From the NCBI GenBank assembly GCA_964016885.1, contig OZ024740.1, positions 338,954,001 to 339,018,000 of the forward strand: 64,000 nt of DNA. The letters are read 5' to 3'. The DNA comes from Eledone cirrhosa. Lineage: Eukaryota. The translations under genes were made by a program, and so were the position numbers. Shown one piece after another: positions 1 to 13,080 of this stretch (position 1 is the stretch's first letter; each line of letters starts with the position of its first letter). The notes beneath the pieces are model-generated. The model did not search any database, was not told the origin of the DNA, and saw only the letters and a program-made list of their open reading frames with translations.

Positions 1-544
1 ATATACATACACGATCCCCACATATTCATACATATATGTACCCACACAAATGGGTAGATACGCATCACGTATATATATACATACAGATAATTTTTGGTAT
101 TTTATGTACTTCAATTATACTATGTACTGTATTTATATATACTTCTCTCTCTATATGTGTGTATATATATGTTTATGTGTGTATTGATATACATGTACAT
201 ATGTTTTATGCGTGTATGTCTATCTGTATGTATATATATACGTGATGCGTATTTACCTATTTGTGTGGGTACATATATGTATATGTCGGAATTGTGTATG
301 TATATATACGTGTATATCCATACAATTTGATTGCACTTATTTATAGGGATTCTTTTCTTTGTTTTTGTGCCTCTCCTTTGTTCTGTCCTACGCCATCAGA
401 CAAAAACAAGATGGCGTAGGACAGAACAACCAACCAACAGGAAATTTATAAATTTAATTTATAATAAATTGGAGTGAAAGCAACTGGTGTGTGTGTTTCA
501 TATTGGCAACATGACCCTCCCAAAGCATAACAATCTACATATAT

Positions 545-575
<31 letters not shown>

Positions 576-599
576 AATGTATATATATATATATATATA

Positions 600-630
<31 letters not shown>

Positions 631-639
631 TAATAATAA

Positions 640-820
640 TAATTGTTTCTACTTTAGGCACAAGGCCAGCAATTACCCAGTGCATTACTGGTACTTTATT
701 TTATCGACACCGTAAGGATGAAAGGCAAAGTCAACCTCGGCGGGATTTGAACTCAGATCCTAAAGGGATGTAACTATGCTGGGAAGCATGGCGTCCGACC
801 TTCTACTGATACTGCCAATG
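640..820 (-). mobile_element. tRNA-derived SINE (octopus-type)
   Basis: Reverse complement of the copy at 15869-16050: A-box TGGCAGTATCAG, B-box GAGTTCAAATCC, body GTCGATAAAATAAAGTACCAG. Confidence 0.8.
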
Positions 821-825
821 CCCAA

Positions 826-995
826 TAATAGTAATAATAATAAATTTGAAGACTAAAATCCAAAGAGGGCTCGATAACGATAAATATATATCAAATATAT
901 AAGAACTGTAGAGGAAATATTTATTAAAATAACAGATTAAAGTTTAAGCAAAGAATCGCTGATTTCACTTCTGAAAGGGTGAAAGCAGCGATTCT
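826..995 (-). mobile_element. PLE terminal fragment (family M) ending in a small fold-back
   Basis: Same sequence as 13081-13270, 31012-31180, 57707-57790 and 59100-59288; GAATCGCTG..TTTCAC / GTGAAAGCAGCGATTC inverted. Confidence 0.7.
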
Positions 996-1524
996 ATATT
1001 TATACACGCACACATGTTTATACAACCTACCACCTTTCACACCCTTTGAATTCCAGCTTCTACGGCCCACTATCTTTCACACACACACACTCACATACAT
1101 ACACACATACACATATACACACACAGTTACACACACATATATATTTACACACACATATTTTACGGCTTTCACACGCTAGCGCACCCTATTGATTTAACCC
1201 AATTGGTCAGTAGCTTTTGCCACAGCCTATCACGCGCACGCGCATTCTTTCCCTCGTTTGAATTTTCCCCATAACGGCATTCCTATTTTTTAACGACAAT
1301 ACAACTTTCTCCGGCTTAGACTGTTCCCCCCCCCCCTTTGCAACTTTTTCCCCGTTGATGGGCGTGAGCCCGAAATATTGGGATTAAATCTCCACTACGG
1401 TAACCCTTCTACCTTTGTTTTGTTTCCGTTTTTTCGTTTCTCTCAATTTTCACTTTTCTCCTATTTCTCACTCACTTCCTACCTCGAGATTTCCCATCTG
1501 CATTATTGTGGCTTTCTAAACTAC

Positions 1525-1599
<75 letters not shown>

Positions 1600-1742
1600 G
1601 AGTTAAACAAGATTCAATGTGTACATCAAAGAATGGGTTTTAGAGTAGATTGGAAGCACTCTACAGTAAAAGATAATTTTCCAGAGTTATTAATATTAAT
1701 ATACAAATATTAATAAAATAGATGTTCTTTTGATCAATTAAA

Positions 1743-1793
1743 TTTTATTATACATATTTCAGAGGTACAACAGTACGTCCTCATCAGACAAAA
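1743..1793 (-). ncRNA. Type I hammerhead ribozyme, family A (other copies 15390-15440, 29129-29179, 59440-59490, 63582-63632)
   Basis: rc: TTTTGT-CTGATGA-GGACGTACTGTTGTACCTCT-GAAA-TATGTA-TA-ATAAAA; copies at 15390 and 63582 have a mutated GAAA. Confidence 0.8.
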
Positions 1794-2137
1794 TATAATG
1801 ATACATGACATACCCTGAGATGTTAATTGGTTAAGATTTAATCAAGGTACTGTTGTACCTCTGAAATATGTATAATAAAATTTAATTGATCAAAAGAACA
1901 TCTATTTTATTAATATTTGTATAGAGTCCTATATTTTCGTTGTTCTGATGATACGGCTGGAGTGCCGATCGCTATATTTGATTTGCTAAGCTGGCTAAAC
2001 GCATTGTTATTACTTTGGGGTACTTTTCTCCCATCCGAGTGCTAAAGTTACATACCGAATTTGCATTCGTTAGCTTGGCCGCGAACTAAGGCTTCGTTAA
2101 TGCTGTACTAAAATATAATATATATATATATATATAT

Positions 2138-2328
2138 GAACGAGTAGGACCCCGACGGCTGAGCTCAAGCCGTTTCAACGGCTAATTCAGTCCAGAATTA
2201 GCCGTCGAAACGACTTGAGCTCAGTCGTCGGGGTCCTACTCGTTCATATTACCCACTCTACTACCCTAAGTATTGAGTACTTTGGTGCGTTATGGTCCAC
2301 CTGGTTCCTTACCACATTTCCTTCGTTA
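2138..2328. repeat. Fold-back PLE terminal fragment, family D (3' half of an HHR in inverted repeat)
   Basis: GACGGCTGAGCTCAAGCCGTTTC...GAAACGACTTGAGCTCAGTCGTC; repeated at 11986-12197, 22714-22920, 25622-25828 and 28530-28736. Confidence 0.8.
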
Positions 2329-2374
2329 TATATATATATATATATATAAATATATATATATATAAATATATATC

Positions 2375-2590
2375 TAGCTACATACACTATCTAAAAACTA
2401 AAAATAAACCATATACACTTAAATGGGAAGTGATAGGTAACGTGACATCGTACAAACCACCTAATAAATTTTGTAACCTCTGTCTACTAGAGACCCATAC
2501 TATCATCTTCTCAAACCATAACCTCCTTAATAAAAATCGGAAATGTTCGCGTCTTGCCAACACCGCTTCTGACACTCCTTCCTAACTTTA
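2375..2590 (+). pseudogene. PLE GIY-YIG endonuclease C-terminal fragment (5'-truncated), followed by 3' UTR to ~4160
   Basis: SSYIHYLK..YTLKWEVI..YKP..CNLCLLE..LLNK matches the C-termini of the other PLE ORFs here. Confidence 0.75.
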
Positions 2591-4306
2591 AACCCAATAT
2601 ATAACAATGTCAGACTTGAACCCGTCACCACCTCTAGCAGCAATCATCAGGGGCACACCTTACACCTCATCTCCACACCCATTAATCCACTTTAACGCAA
2701 ATAGTGACATCCTCCTAGTACCTTTCACCTTGGAGATATCCCCATGTACTTCTACTTTTGGTATATTGGCCTCCAATTGCTTAGACTACATTACACCAAT
2801 GTAAACTTTAAGCACGGAATTGGTTGTGCTAACATTGTCCTGTGTATGTACTGCCATCATTGGATAAATGGAAGATTAAGTAATTAATTTATTAACATAA
2901 AAGAGCTATATAACCTATATGCTGAGTGCAATGAATTATGTACAGGTGATGTATGAGTTACAAATACATGTATGACTTGATGGTCAGATTAGTGTCTTTG
3001 TGGGTGAGAATTGATCTCTGGACTACCCTAGTGATATTTAACTTTGCCATGCAATCAGACATGCAATGACCCAGAACTTACCAGTAGTCATATATAGAAG
3101 TGATTCTAATAAGACCCTGCCAGGTCCTGCGGGTGGACTACACTTACAAAGATCATTGTTTTAGAGATCTGACTCTTCATGTGGAATGTTCACTGGGGGC
3201 ACTCTATGATAGAAGGTAATCATCCTAATATGAACACCTTTAGTACTTCTTAATAGACTACACTGTAATTTATAGATAATATACTTAAATTTAGAAGTTG
3301 TTTATAACCTTATATGATGGGAACTCATTTGTGACACCATTAATGTACTTTAGGATAATAAATTTAGCTATAGAAATCAGCTAGTTACCTCCCCTTACGC
3401 ATTAACTCCCCTTAATCACACACACACTTCCGGAATATAATACGATGTCATCTCTCACAACAAAAACAACCTACTCTATAGAATCGAATTAAAGAACGAC
3501 ATGTTCTAGCATGGTTCACCAGGTACCCAATGTTGAATCATCGTGGATTGTGAGGTGGACATGTAGTCTATAAATTGCGTTTCCTGGATTGTGAGAGTGG
3601 TGGTGTGTACGAGGACAGTGGTGCCGTTTTGCTTCTCATTTGTAATATTTTTGGTGTTTCTCCACACACGGGCTTCTATATCGTACAGGTGTGTGTGAAT
3701 AATGCTTTACAATACAGCCCCCATGATACTCTTAATTGCCTGCTTTGGCTGCTTGTTTTACTTGTAACAATCTGCCGCACTATAATCTTGTATAAATAGG
3801 ACACGCGCGCATGCTACACGTGTGACTGTTGCATGCACTGGTTACTCCAAACTTTCCTTTTGCTTTATCTTAGTAGACTGCCAATGTTTTATTTTAATTT
3901 TAATTTTAATTTTAACTTTAACTTTGTCCTTTAATATGCCTGTAATCTTTGTATGTAAATTACCATGCTAGATTAGTATAATGGATGTCAACCCACTGTG
4001 AGTCAATATATACATATGTTTCTATATGTCTCTTGTGTTGAAAAGGAGGCCAAGTATGTTGAAAATCACTGAATAATTGCTCCTAAGACACAAACCTCGG
4101 GTTGGAAGAAACAATTGTAAGCAAATAAATGATTTAAACAGAACTTTGTTTCATGTAATCTCTATATATAATCACATATATATATAAATATGTATATATA
4201 TAAAAGCACACCATAATTTAACTTGGTGTCCTTGAAATATGTATAATGAAATAAATATGGTTTTATAAATATAGTTTCCATTTGTTAATATATCGCATAT
4301 ATATAA

Positions 4307-4393
<87 letters not shown>

Positions 4394-4552
4394 TATATAT
4401 AAATATATATATATATAGTAATAATAAAAAATTTGAAGACTAAAATCCAAAGAGGGCTCGATAAGGATAAATATATATCATCAAATATATATCAAATATA
4501 TAAGAACCGTAGAGCAGGTGAAAATTGCAAACTTGACTGTCACCACACATTA

Positions 4553-4591
4553 TGAACCTGAAGATTGCGAAAGCATGAAAGTACTTGTTCA
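4553..4591 (+). ncRNA. Minimal type I hammerhead ribozyme, family B (minus copies 20038-20076, 20369-20407, 23277-23315, 26185-26223)
   Basis: TGAAC-CTGAAGA-TTGCGAAAGCAT-GAAA-GTAC-TT-GTTCA; palindromic stem III AGTACT. Confidence 0.85.
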
Positions 4592-4737
4592 ATTAACACT
4601 TAACATTTAATATTCTACCATACTATTTCATTATAATACCATTATAAATTTTAAAGGATTGTAAATAAAACGAGTAAATCAGACAAAGTTGGAATTCCTC
4701 TTATTAAAATATATATATATATATGGAAATCTATATC

Positions 4738-6844
4738 ACTGGAAATCTATATCACATGGATATTGAAAATTACAATGAGTTCATATATAAAGAACTCAGG
4801 AAAAATTATAGAAAAACAAACAATGCGTCACTTACCAACATCAACAACAAAACACACAGCATAATGAATAGACTTAATATTGAAGATAGAACTGAACCTT
4901 TGGCATTGAAAAGACCACACTTCAACCTGAAAGATCATAAATCTAACTTTAACTCTAATCCTTCTATAAGGCTTATATGCCCTTCCAAATCTGATATTGG
5001 AATAATTAGTAAAAAAATTTTAGATAGAGTCATCCCACAACTAAGAAAACATGTTAATTTACCACTCTGGGAAAACACATCCCAGGTAATTAACTGGTTT
5101 AATAATATTAGAAATAAATCCTCTGCTTCATTTCTACAATTTGATATAGATAATTCTTCTTCTTCTATATCACCTATACTCCTAAACAAAGCCTTGATAT
5201 TTGCTAAAAATAGATCTAACTTAACTTTGGATGACATTAATATTATTACACATGCTAGACTAACACTATTGGAATTTCAGAATGAATACTGGACCAGAAA
5301 CACGTATAGTAATCTATTCGATATTACTATGGGCTCAAGCGATTCTGCCCAAATTACTGATCTTGTGGGCCTCTTTCTTCTTTTTAACATAAATGCTTCC
5401 TTTCCCCACCTTAAAGGTGGTTTATATCGTGACGACTGTCTTCTTCTTTCCAATAACCTTAGCCTCTCAGAGATAGAAAAAAATAAAAAGCTTATTAGAA
5501 CTTTCCTTAAAGACTATTATAGTCTAGATATTACATTTGAAAACACAAGTAAAGTAGTTAATTTCCTAGATATAACATTAGACTTATCTACGGGTATCTA
5601 CCAACCTTACCATAAACCCAACCAAAATTTACACTACATACACTCACAATCTAATCACCCTAAATCTATCCTTAAAAACTTTGCATATAATATATCACTT
5701 AGAATTTCTAACCTTTCGTCTAACCAAGATGTATTTGATAAAAATGCGACCTTTTATAACGAAGCTCTAGCTAGAAGTGGCCACAAAAATAGATTAGTAT
5801 ATATACCTTCTACCAATAACACTACAAACATACAACCTAATATTACCAACAAACACCAAATGAAACATACACACCTAAATGCCACTCACACTATACCCCA
5901 AAACACCAACATAAAGCCAAATTTCTCTAACTCTTCTAATATACAGTATAGTAACTCTCAAAAAACTACTCATCCTACAACTCTAATAAATGTTAATAAT
6001 AACATTCCTAATAAACAAGCTAAAACACCTAAATCAATAAATCTAACTAAAAATGTGTGTGGTGAGGTCATTAACAATAATTCTCTTAATAAACATCAGG
6101 ATGCATCCTATAAAAACAATAAACAACATCGAAACCGTAATAGAGGAGTTACTTGGTATAATGCTCCATTTAGTTTACAAATTAAGGATAATATACCTAA
6201 AAAAATTCTTTAATATCCTAGAGAAAAACTTCCCGCCAAACCACAAATACCATCAAATTTTAAATAGATCAACGGTTAAATTCTCCTACTCAACAACCAA
6301 AAACATAAAACAAAATATAAGTGCCTATAATGCATATAAATTTTAAAAAACCATGAGTATACCACCAGTACATCAAACTAACCATAATATCTCCTCAGAT
6401 ACAGGATTCACGAAAAGTTGTAACTGTAGAAACAAGGCAAAATGTCCATTAAAAGGAAATTGCCTTCTTAATAACATAGTATATAAATGTAAAGTTAACA
6501 ATAAGGACTCAATTTATTCATATATAGGAGCTACCTCTAACAAATTTAAGGTAAGATTTAATACCCACAAACATAGTTTTAAAAATGCCGCACTAGCTAA
6601 TACACCATCTCTAGCTGAAATAATTAATAGTTATAGAAAGAGGAATATAGATTATGACCTGACCTGGAGTGTGCTCAAAAGGACTACCCCTTATCAAAAT
6701 AATAGATATGAATGTAGATTATGCTCCCAAGAACTTTTTGAAATAATGAAATCTAAGGATATCCTATTAAATAAGCGACAGGAATTAATAATATCGTGTA
6801 ATCATAAACTGAGAAAAACCTTAAAATATTATAAACCTAAATAA
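4738..6844 (+). pseudogene. Penelope-like element (Naiad-like) RT + GIY-YIG polyprotein, 5'-truncated and frameshifted
   Basis: KDHK..F..NP.IRL, QFDI, ITMGS, GLYRDDCL, NFLDITLDL, YIHSQSNHP, WYNAPF, CNC..CPL.G.C, IVYKC..YIG, CRLC..E, LLNKR; frameshifts near 6200 and 6345. Confidence 0.9.
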
Positions 6845-7312
6845 TACACACTTTAGAAATAAATATATAAGCTTTTTTAATTTAGTTAACCTATAATTAA
6901 TATTCTACTACTGATGAATTACATAATTCTGCTTTAAATATTATAAACCTAATTAATATACACTTTAGAAATTAATATATAAATTATTTTTAATTTAGTT
7001 AACCTATAATTAATATTCTACTACTGATGAACTACATAATTTTGCTTTCCTTCTTACAACTATCATTTCCTAAAACTGATACCATTAAGTAAACATATAA
7101 TGCTTTAACTTCAGGTTATGACTCTATGTTCCTTGAAAACTATATATATTTATTATTTCTCACTAAAAAATTTAATCCCCCCCCAATAACTATATGTATA
7201 TGTAAGTGTGTATGTGTGTGTATGTATATATGTATGTATGTATATATGCATGTATATGTATATATATATATGTATATATATATGTGTATATATATATATA
7301 TATGTGTGTGTA

Positions 7313-7344
<32 letters not shown>

Positions 7345-7992
7345 TATATATATATATTATTTTTATATTCTTTTAATTTCCCCTCATCTTTAACAGCACT
7401 TTTCAACTGCATCTAACTCTTATTTATCATATATATATGTATTAGTATAATTTTATCAATATAAATATACCCATCAATTAAATTAATTTATATTCTTTTC
7501 ATAGATGTATTTTTTTCACTAAAATTCTTATCGTAAAACTTTAGTCACCTTAGATATTTGTATTGGCATTACTATTTTATAACAGCAACTGCTTGTATAC
7601 CTTTTACTGACCACCTGACATATTTTCACCCCTAAAATAAGCTTCAATTACTACTATTTTACCATTTGGCCAATTACTAACTTTCTATTGGTTAATTCTA
7701 AACCTCTTACCAAACAGACAGAATATATTAGATCTTTGTTGGTTTTATTCAATGAACAAATAAAATTATTTCTGAGGTCAGCATAAAACCTATTTCTTCC
7801 CTAAAATAATCCTTCATTCATAATATTCTTTTCCATCCAAAACTGAAATCTACCTTCCTCTACCCATAATTTAAGGTTCTTCTACTACTATATTACTATC
7901 TTGACCCTCACTATCTCTCTATTGGTCAATTCAAAACCTGTTCCCAAACAGACCTATTGTATTGAATCTTTGTTTTTTTCAATTAACAAATA

Positions 7993-8134
7993 TCATTATT
8001 TCTGAAGACAGCATATATATGTGTAGGTATGTATATTCCCTCTGATAGTTTGTATAAATATTGTACATAGATCTATAGAATATGCATACCAACTCTAACA
8101 CATATATATCCTAGAAACGATCGTAAAATGATGA
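7993..8134 (+). ncRNA. Hammerhead ribozyme with 105-nt extended stem II in the PLE 3' UTR/pLTR
   Basis: TCATTATTT-CTGAAGA-[105 nt hairpin]-GAAA-CGATCG-TA-AAATGATGA. Confidence 0.75.
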
Positions 8135-8189
8135 ATTTTTTTAATATAAGGAACTGTTTCTTTGTTTATTCATTATTTTATTAATTTAT

Positions 8190-8220
<31 letters not shown>

Positions 8221-8231
8221 AATATATATAA

Positions 8232-11200
8232 CTTTGATAGGTTTCGGTCAGTATTGGCCCAGGCCATGTCTAACTTAATTGCAGCACCAGACGAAGTCTT
8301 ACAAATCAGTGTTTGGGCACCATGGCCCACTCGAGCAGAGAGTTATTGTTTACGGAGGCATATCCGCGTGTAGGAGGCTTATGCGGGATTTCTTGAAAAA
8401 ATTTATCCAAAGACTTCTTGAACATGATGGGGTCTGTCTCTGCTTTGATGTGTTTTGGTGTAATGTTAAAGAGTGCAGGGTCAATTGAGGTGAAATAATT
8501 GTGCCGTATTGTTGTTATGTGATGCGAGTAGGATTTTTGTCGTGGGCGGATAGCACGGGGCCCAAGCCTAAAGGTGATGCGAACATCATTTGGGCAAAGC
8601 TGATGGAATATTTTCCACATCAGACAGATAATGTAGCGGTCACGGCGACTTTGCAGAGAATAAAGTTTGAGCTTTTCTAATCGACCCCAATAGTCAACGC
8701 CTGTCATACCAGCTATCTTTTTTGTAATTGACCTTTGGGGTGCTTCAACTTTCATGATACTTTGTTTCGTGTGGGGTGACCACAGTGGACAACAGTATTC
8801 AAGGTGGGGTCGGGCAAAAGTGGAGAAGAGAAGGACAACAGTGTGGATATCTCTCGACTGGAATGTTTTGAGAATCCAGGAACACATTCTGCGGGCCATA
8901 TCAACTTTGCTGTTTATATGAGTGGCCCAGCTTATATTGTTGTCCACAATTACCCCCAGGTCTCTGATGTTATTGGAAGCCACTAGTGTTTCACCCGAAG
9001 GAAGAGAGTATGGTAGTTTCAGGGCATCCTTTTTTCCAAAGTGGATTAGTTCAAATTTATCCTCATTCAACAGCATCTGCCCATTGGATAACAGCCAGTA
9101 GGTCTGACTGAAGGCAAGTCCGGTCATCCACCTCATTGATGACCCTTTGGAGCTTGGAATCATCTGCGAAGATTCTGATGTTGCTGTGTTTGATGATGTC
9201 AGTAATGTCATTAATGTAGATGATGAAAAGAAGTGGGCCAACACAGTGCCTTGTGGGACGCCACTGCTGACATTGGAAGGGCTTGATTTTACTCCTTCGA
9301 TTACAACATGCTGGGTTCTGCCTGTCAGGAAACATTTGATCCACTGTAGTAACCTTCCAGAGACTCCAACATTGGATAGTTTTTTCAGTAGAATCTTATG
9401 ATCAACCATGTCGAAGGCTTTGCTGAAATCAAGGTAGATGACATCAGTGTTGGAGCCCTCTCCCAAGGCTCTCAAAACATCGTCAAAGTGATGCAGGAGC
9501 TGCGTTAGGAAGTCCCTTCCATTACGGAACCCATGTTAGTTGGAGTTCAGCGGGCCGTTGCTTTCAAGAAAGTGGGTTATTCGTGATCTCAACACCCTCT
9601 CAAATACTTTGATAATAGGAAAGGTGAGTGAGATCGGACGGTAGTTCACTGCAAGGGACTTATTTCCCTTTTTGAAGATTGGGACAACGGACTGGGACAG
9701 AGAGTTTTCAGGAATATAGCCAGTGTCCAGTGAGTTCCTCCACAGATTAGCAAGAGGAGTTGCAAGTTGGTGTCGACACACCTTCAGGACACAAGCAGGG
9801 AACCTGTCGGGGCCTACTGCTGAATTGTGTTTAATTTTGTTTATTGCCGCTAAGACATCAGGGGCGCCAAACGTTATGTCTGATATAGTAGGTTGGGGGT
9901 TAATATCACTGATACGGCCCAGATCGGCCATATCAGGGTTGCTGAAGACAGAGCAGTATTGTTTCTGCAGTATCTCGCCCATGGTTTGGCATTGTCCTAG
10001 AGTGTGCCATTTTCATCAACTAGGGGGCCAACAGTGGAGACGGTGACCTTGTGTTTTTTAGCGAATGAGAAGAACACTTTGGGGTTGAGTTTTATTTTCT
10101 CAATGGCCCACCTCTCTTCAGCTATTCTCTGGTTATTGATGATGGTCATCATGCATTGCTGGAGGTTATATGTTTTTGACTCAAGCAGGCTGATAGCCAT
10201 TGAATGTGTGCGTTGCTGTTGGCGGTATTTTAGTGTGTTAAATTTTTTGTTTGTTCTTTTTATTTTTCTGATAATTGTTTTTCTGTTTTGGGGGATACTG
10301 CACTTGGTTTTTTTCACAGGTTTTGGTGGGGTGTGTTTTGTATATATATTTGTGACAGTATCTACAAAGATCTGCCAAGATGTTTTGATGTTGGTGGAAG
10401 TGTGTAAAAGACCAGTCGACATGAGATAGTTCGTTCATAATTGCATCCCAGTTGGCATTATAGAGATCCATGTTATCAAATGGGTGGGCTGGAGAGAGGA
10501 CCCTGGGATTAGTTTTCGGCTGGTGGAATGTAGGTTACAAAGAACCATGTCATGGTCTGAGAGAAGGGTTTTTTCCACTGTAATATTATGTTTAGTGTTA
10601 GTGTGGTTACTAAACAGTAGATCCAGAATGTTCGTCTGATGCCTCGTTGGTGCAAGGACAAGTTGGGACAAGAAAAACTCATTCATGAAGTCAAGAAGTG
10701 ACTCCACAGACTCTTTGTCAGTGATTGAGGCTGTGAAGCCTGGTTTCAAACTACATGTAGACCAATTGACACAGGGTAGATTAAAGTCTCCCATCAAAAG
10801 TATTTTGCTAGAATGGCAATGTTTAATAAAGCATTTAATACTGTTGAGGGATTCTTTGAAACAGATTATGGGTGTTTGTGGTGGCCTATAGAGCCCAACT
10901 AATGTCAGGTCATTGGCTTTATTGGGCACAGTGACTGATTCACAGTATCCATTAGAGAATGTTGTGTTGCCATCTGCCGTAAAGTAATCATGCAGGAAAA
11001 TGGCAGTTCAACCCTTCCTTCTGCCAACACGATCCGCACGGATGGTTGTGAAATTTCTCACTCTTACTTCGGCCTCCAAGTGGGAGTTGTCAAGGTGGGT
11101 CTCAGTAAGAATGAAGAAGGGTATGGTAAATGGATTGTTACCAACCCAATCCTCAATGAATTGGATCTTCCATTTCTGTGCATTGATGAATGGGCTGATA

Positions 11201-11830
11201 CATTGTGTATTGAGTAAGAATGTGGAGGCTAGTGTGGTGGCTGGTTTTGACTGTTGCTTGTTTTGTGATTGTGTGTTAGTGACAGCATGGATGGTGTTGG
11301 GTGATGGCTAAAATGTTTTTCTCTATCTCTTTTGCCAGGTTCATGGCTAAAAAAGAAAGATTTTTTTTTGTTCAAGGAGCAGTTTTTGAATGGATTTGTG
11401 GTTACAACATTGGATAGGGTTGCAGTTCTCTCTTTTGTTGTTGTTGTTATAATTGTTGTAATTGTGTCTTTGTAAAAAGACTGGAGCAGCGTTATTTTTG
11501 TTGTTGTTGTTCTTGTGTTTGTCCATTAGAGTAAATATGTCGAAGTTTTTCAAAATGGTTTTGAATTAGTTTGAAAGAGACTTCTACGTGTTTTAGTTTG
11601 TTGTGTATCTACTTAGCAAATCTCGTCGTAAATGTTTGGGCTGTTTTTTCAGCAATTTCATTCAGAAATGAGGCGTTAATGTTTGTTGTTTGTGCCAGAG
11701 AAAAGCATGTGTTTATTAAGAGGTCAATTTCATTTTCAGACCAATTTCGTCCATTGTGGGCTTGCTGGTCAGTAGTCATATTTTTTATTTATCCTTGTGT
11801 GCGTTTTAAGATATTTGTTATTTGATACGT
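8232..11830 (-). mobile_element. CR1-group non-LTR retrotransposon (APE endonuclease + RT), degenerate
   Basis: LYRPP, MGDFN, LDL, SDH (APE); GPD, YRPISLT, YLDFSKAFD, SGVPQGTVL, FADDSK, RDLG, LEYCCPLWSP, split over frameshifted ORFs. Confidence 0.92.
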
Positions 11831-11843
11831 GAGTGAGACTTAT

Positions 11844-11984
<141 letters not shown>

Positions 11985-12477
11985 AATAACGAAGAAAATG
12001 TGGTAAGGAACCAGATGGACCATAACACACCAAAGTACTCAATACTTAGGGTAGTAGAGTGGGTAATAGGAACGAGTAGGACCCCGACGGCTGAGCTCAA
12101 ACCGTTTCGACGGCTAATTGGCTAATTCTGGACTCAGCGTCCAGAATTAGCAGTCGAAAGGGCTTGAGCTCAGCCGTCGGGGTCCTACTCGTTCCTATAT
12201 ATATAAATATATATATATATATAAATAAATAATATATATAAATAAATATATATATATATATAAATATATATATATAAATAAATAATATATATATATATAT
12301 ATAAATATATATATATATAAATATATATATATAAATATATTAGAAAGTGAGGTTTTTTTTACAAAATGAAAAATAACCGAGGTGTCCTACACGAGTGAAA
12401 GTATAAAGAAAAAGAGATGAAATCGAAAATGCAACTGGAGTCTTATTTTAAAAAAATATATATATATATATTTGGTT

Positions 12478-12515
12478 CCTTTACCGGTTTCGCAGTTCTT
12501 CTGCTTTTCAAAAGG
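12478..12515 (-). ncRNA. Hammerhead ribozyme, family H, with U3:A8 core (degenerate relatives 34367-34405, 34478-34516, ~47545-47582)
   Basis: rc: CCTT-TTGAAAA-GCAGAAGAACTGC-GAAA-CCGG-TA-AAGG. Confidence 0.7.
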
Positions 12516-12900
12516 TGAGTTGAGATGGAGGGTCTGTGGTTTTTCTCACATCTGGTTGGTCTCTGAATGTTACTTGTTTTATATGGAAAAAGTGGCTCGA
12601 AATGCCAGGTTTTTCGAGAAGTAAGTTGATTGGTTTGTCAATAATTATAATAAATTTCGCGCCAGTTCGCGTTACAATAGTTCTTCAAATAAGAGGGGGG
12701 GGTTGTCACAGGTTGTTTTTTTATATATGAGTGTTTGAATTTCTTTTTACTTGAAAAAAGGTGGCTCACGAAGGCTTTTTTATATATATATATATATTAA
12801 AATATATATATATATAAATATACGTAGGTCCCGGGTTGAGTCGGGGATAACCACAGTAAGTAAGGTACTCAATACATGGCAGAGTAAAATTTTTTTATTT

Positions 12901-13016
12901 TATAGAAGGAGCTTCTACAGGACTAGTACTGTTTCATTCAGATGAAATCTTCAGGAAGCTTCCTGAAGATTTCATCTGAATGAAACAGTACTAGTCCTGT
13001 AGAAGCTCCTTCTATA
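12901..13016. ncRNA. Perfect 116-bp palindrome made of two divergent hammerheads (+12957-13007, -12910-12960)
   Basis: AGCTTC-CTGAAGA-TTTCATCTGAAT-GAAA-CAG(TACTAGTC)CTG-TA-GAAGCT on both strands; centre at AAGCTT. Confidence 0.75.
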
Positions 13017-13027
13017 TATATAAATAT

Positions 13028-13064
<37 letters not shown>

Positions 13065-13080
13065 AATATATATATATATA

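Noticed and set aside
1350-1985. HHR-like remnants at ~1352-1400 (TTGATGGGC-GTGA-GCCC-GAAA) and ~1945-1975 (CTGATGA..CGGC..GCCG)
   Set aside because: The core is incomplete in both; they may be decayed but cannot be supported
4030-4125. GAAA-CAATTG-TA half-motif (also 60640-60725)
   Set aside because: The palindromic stem III is suggestive, but the 5' core and stem I could not be paired convincingly
6905-7045. CTGATGA motifs in a 112-bp tandem duplication
   Set aside because: No downstream GAAA or closing stems
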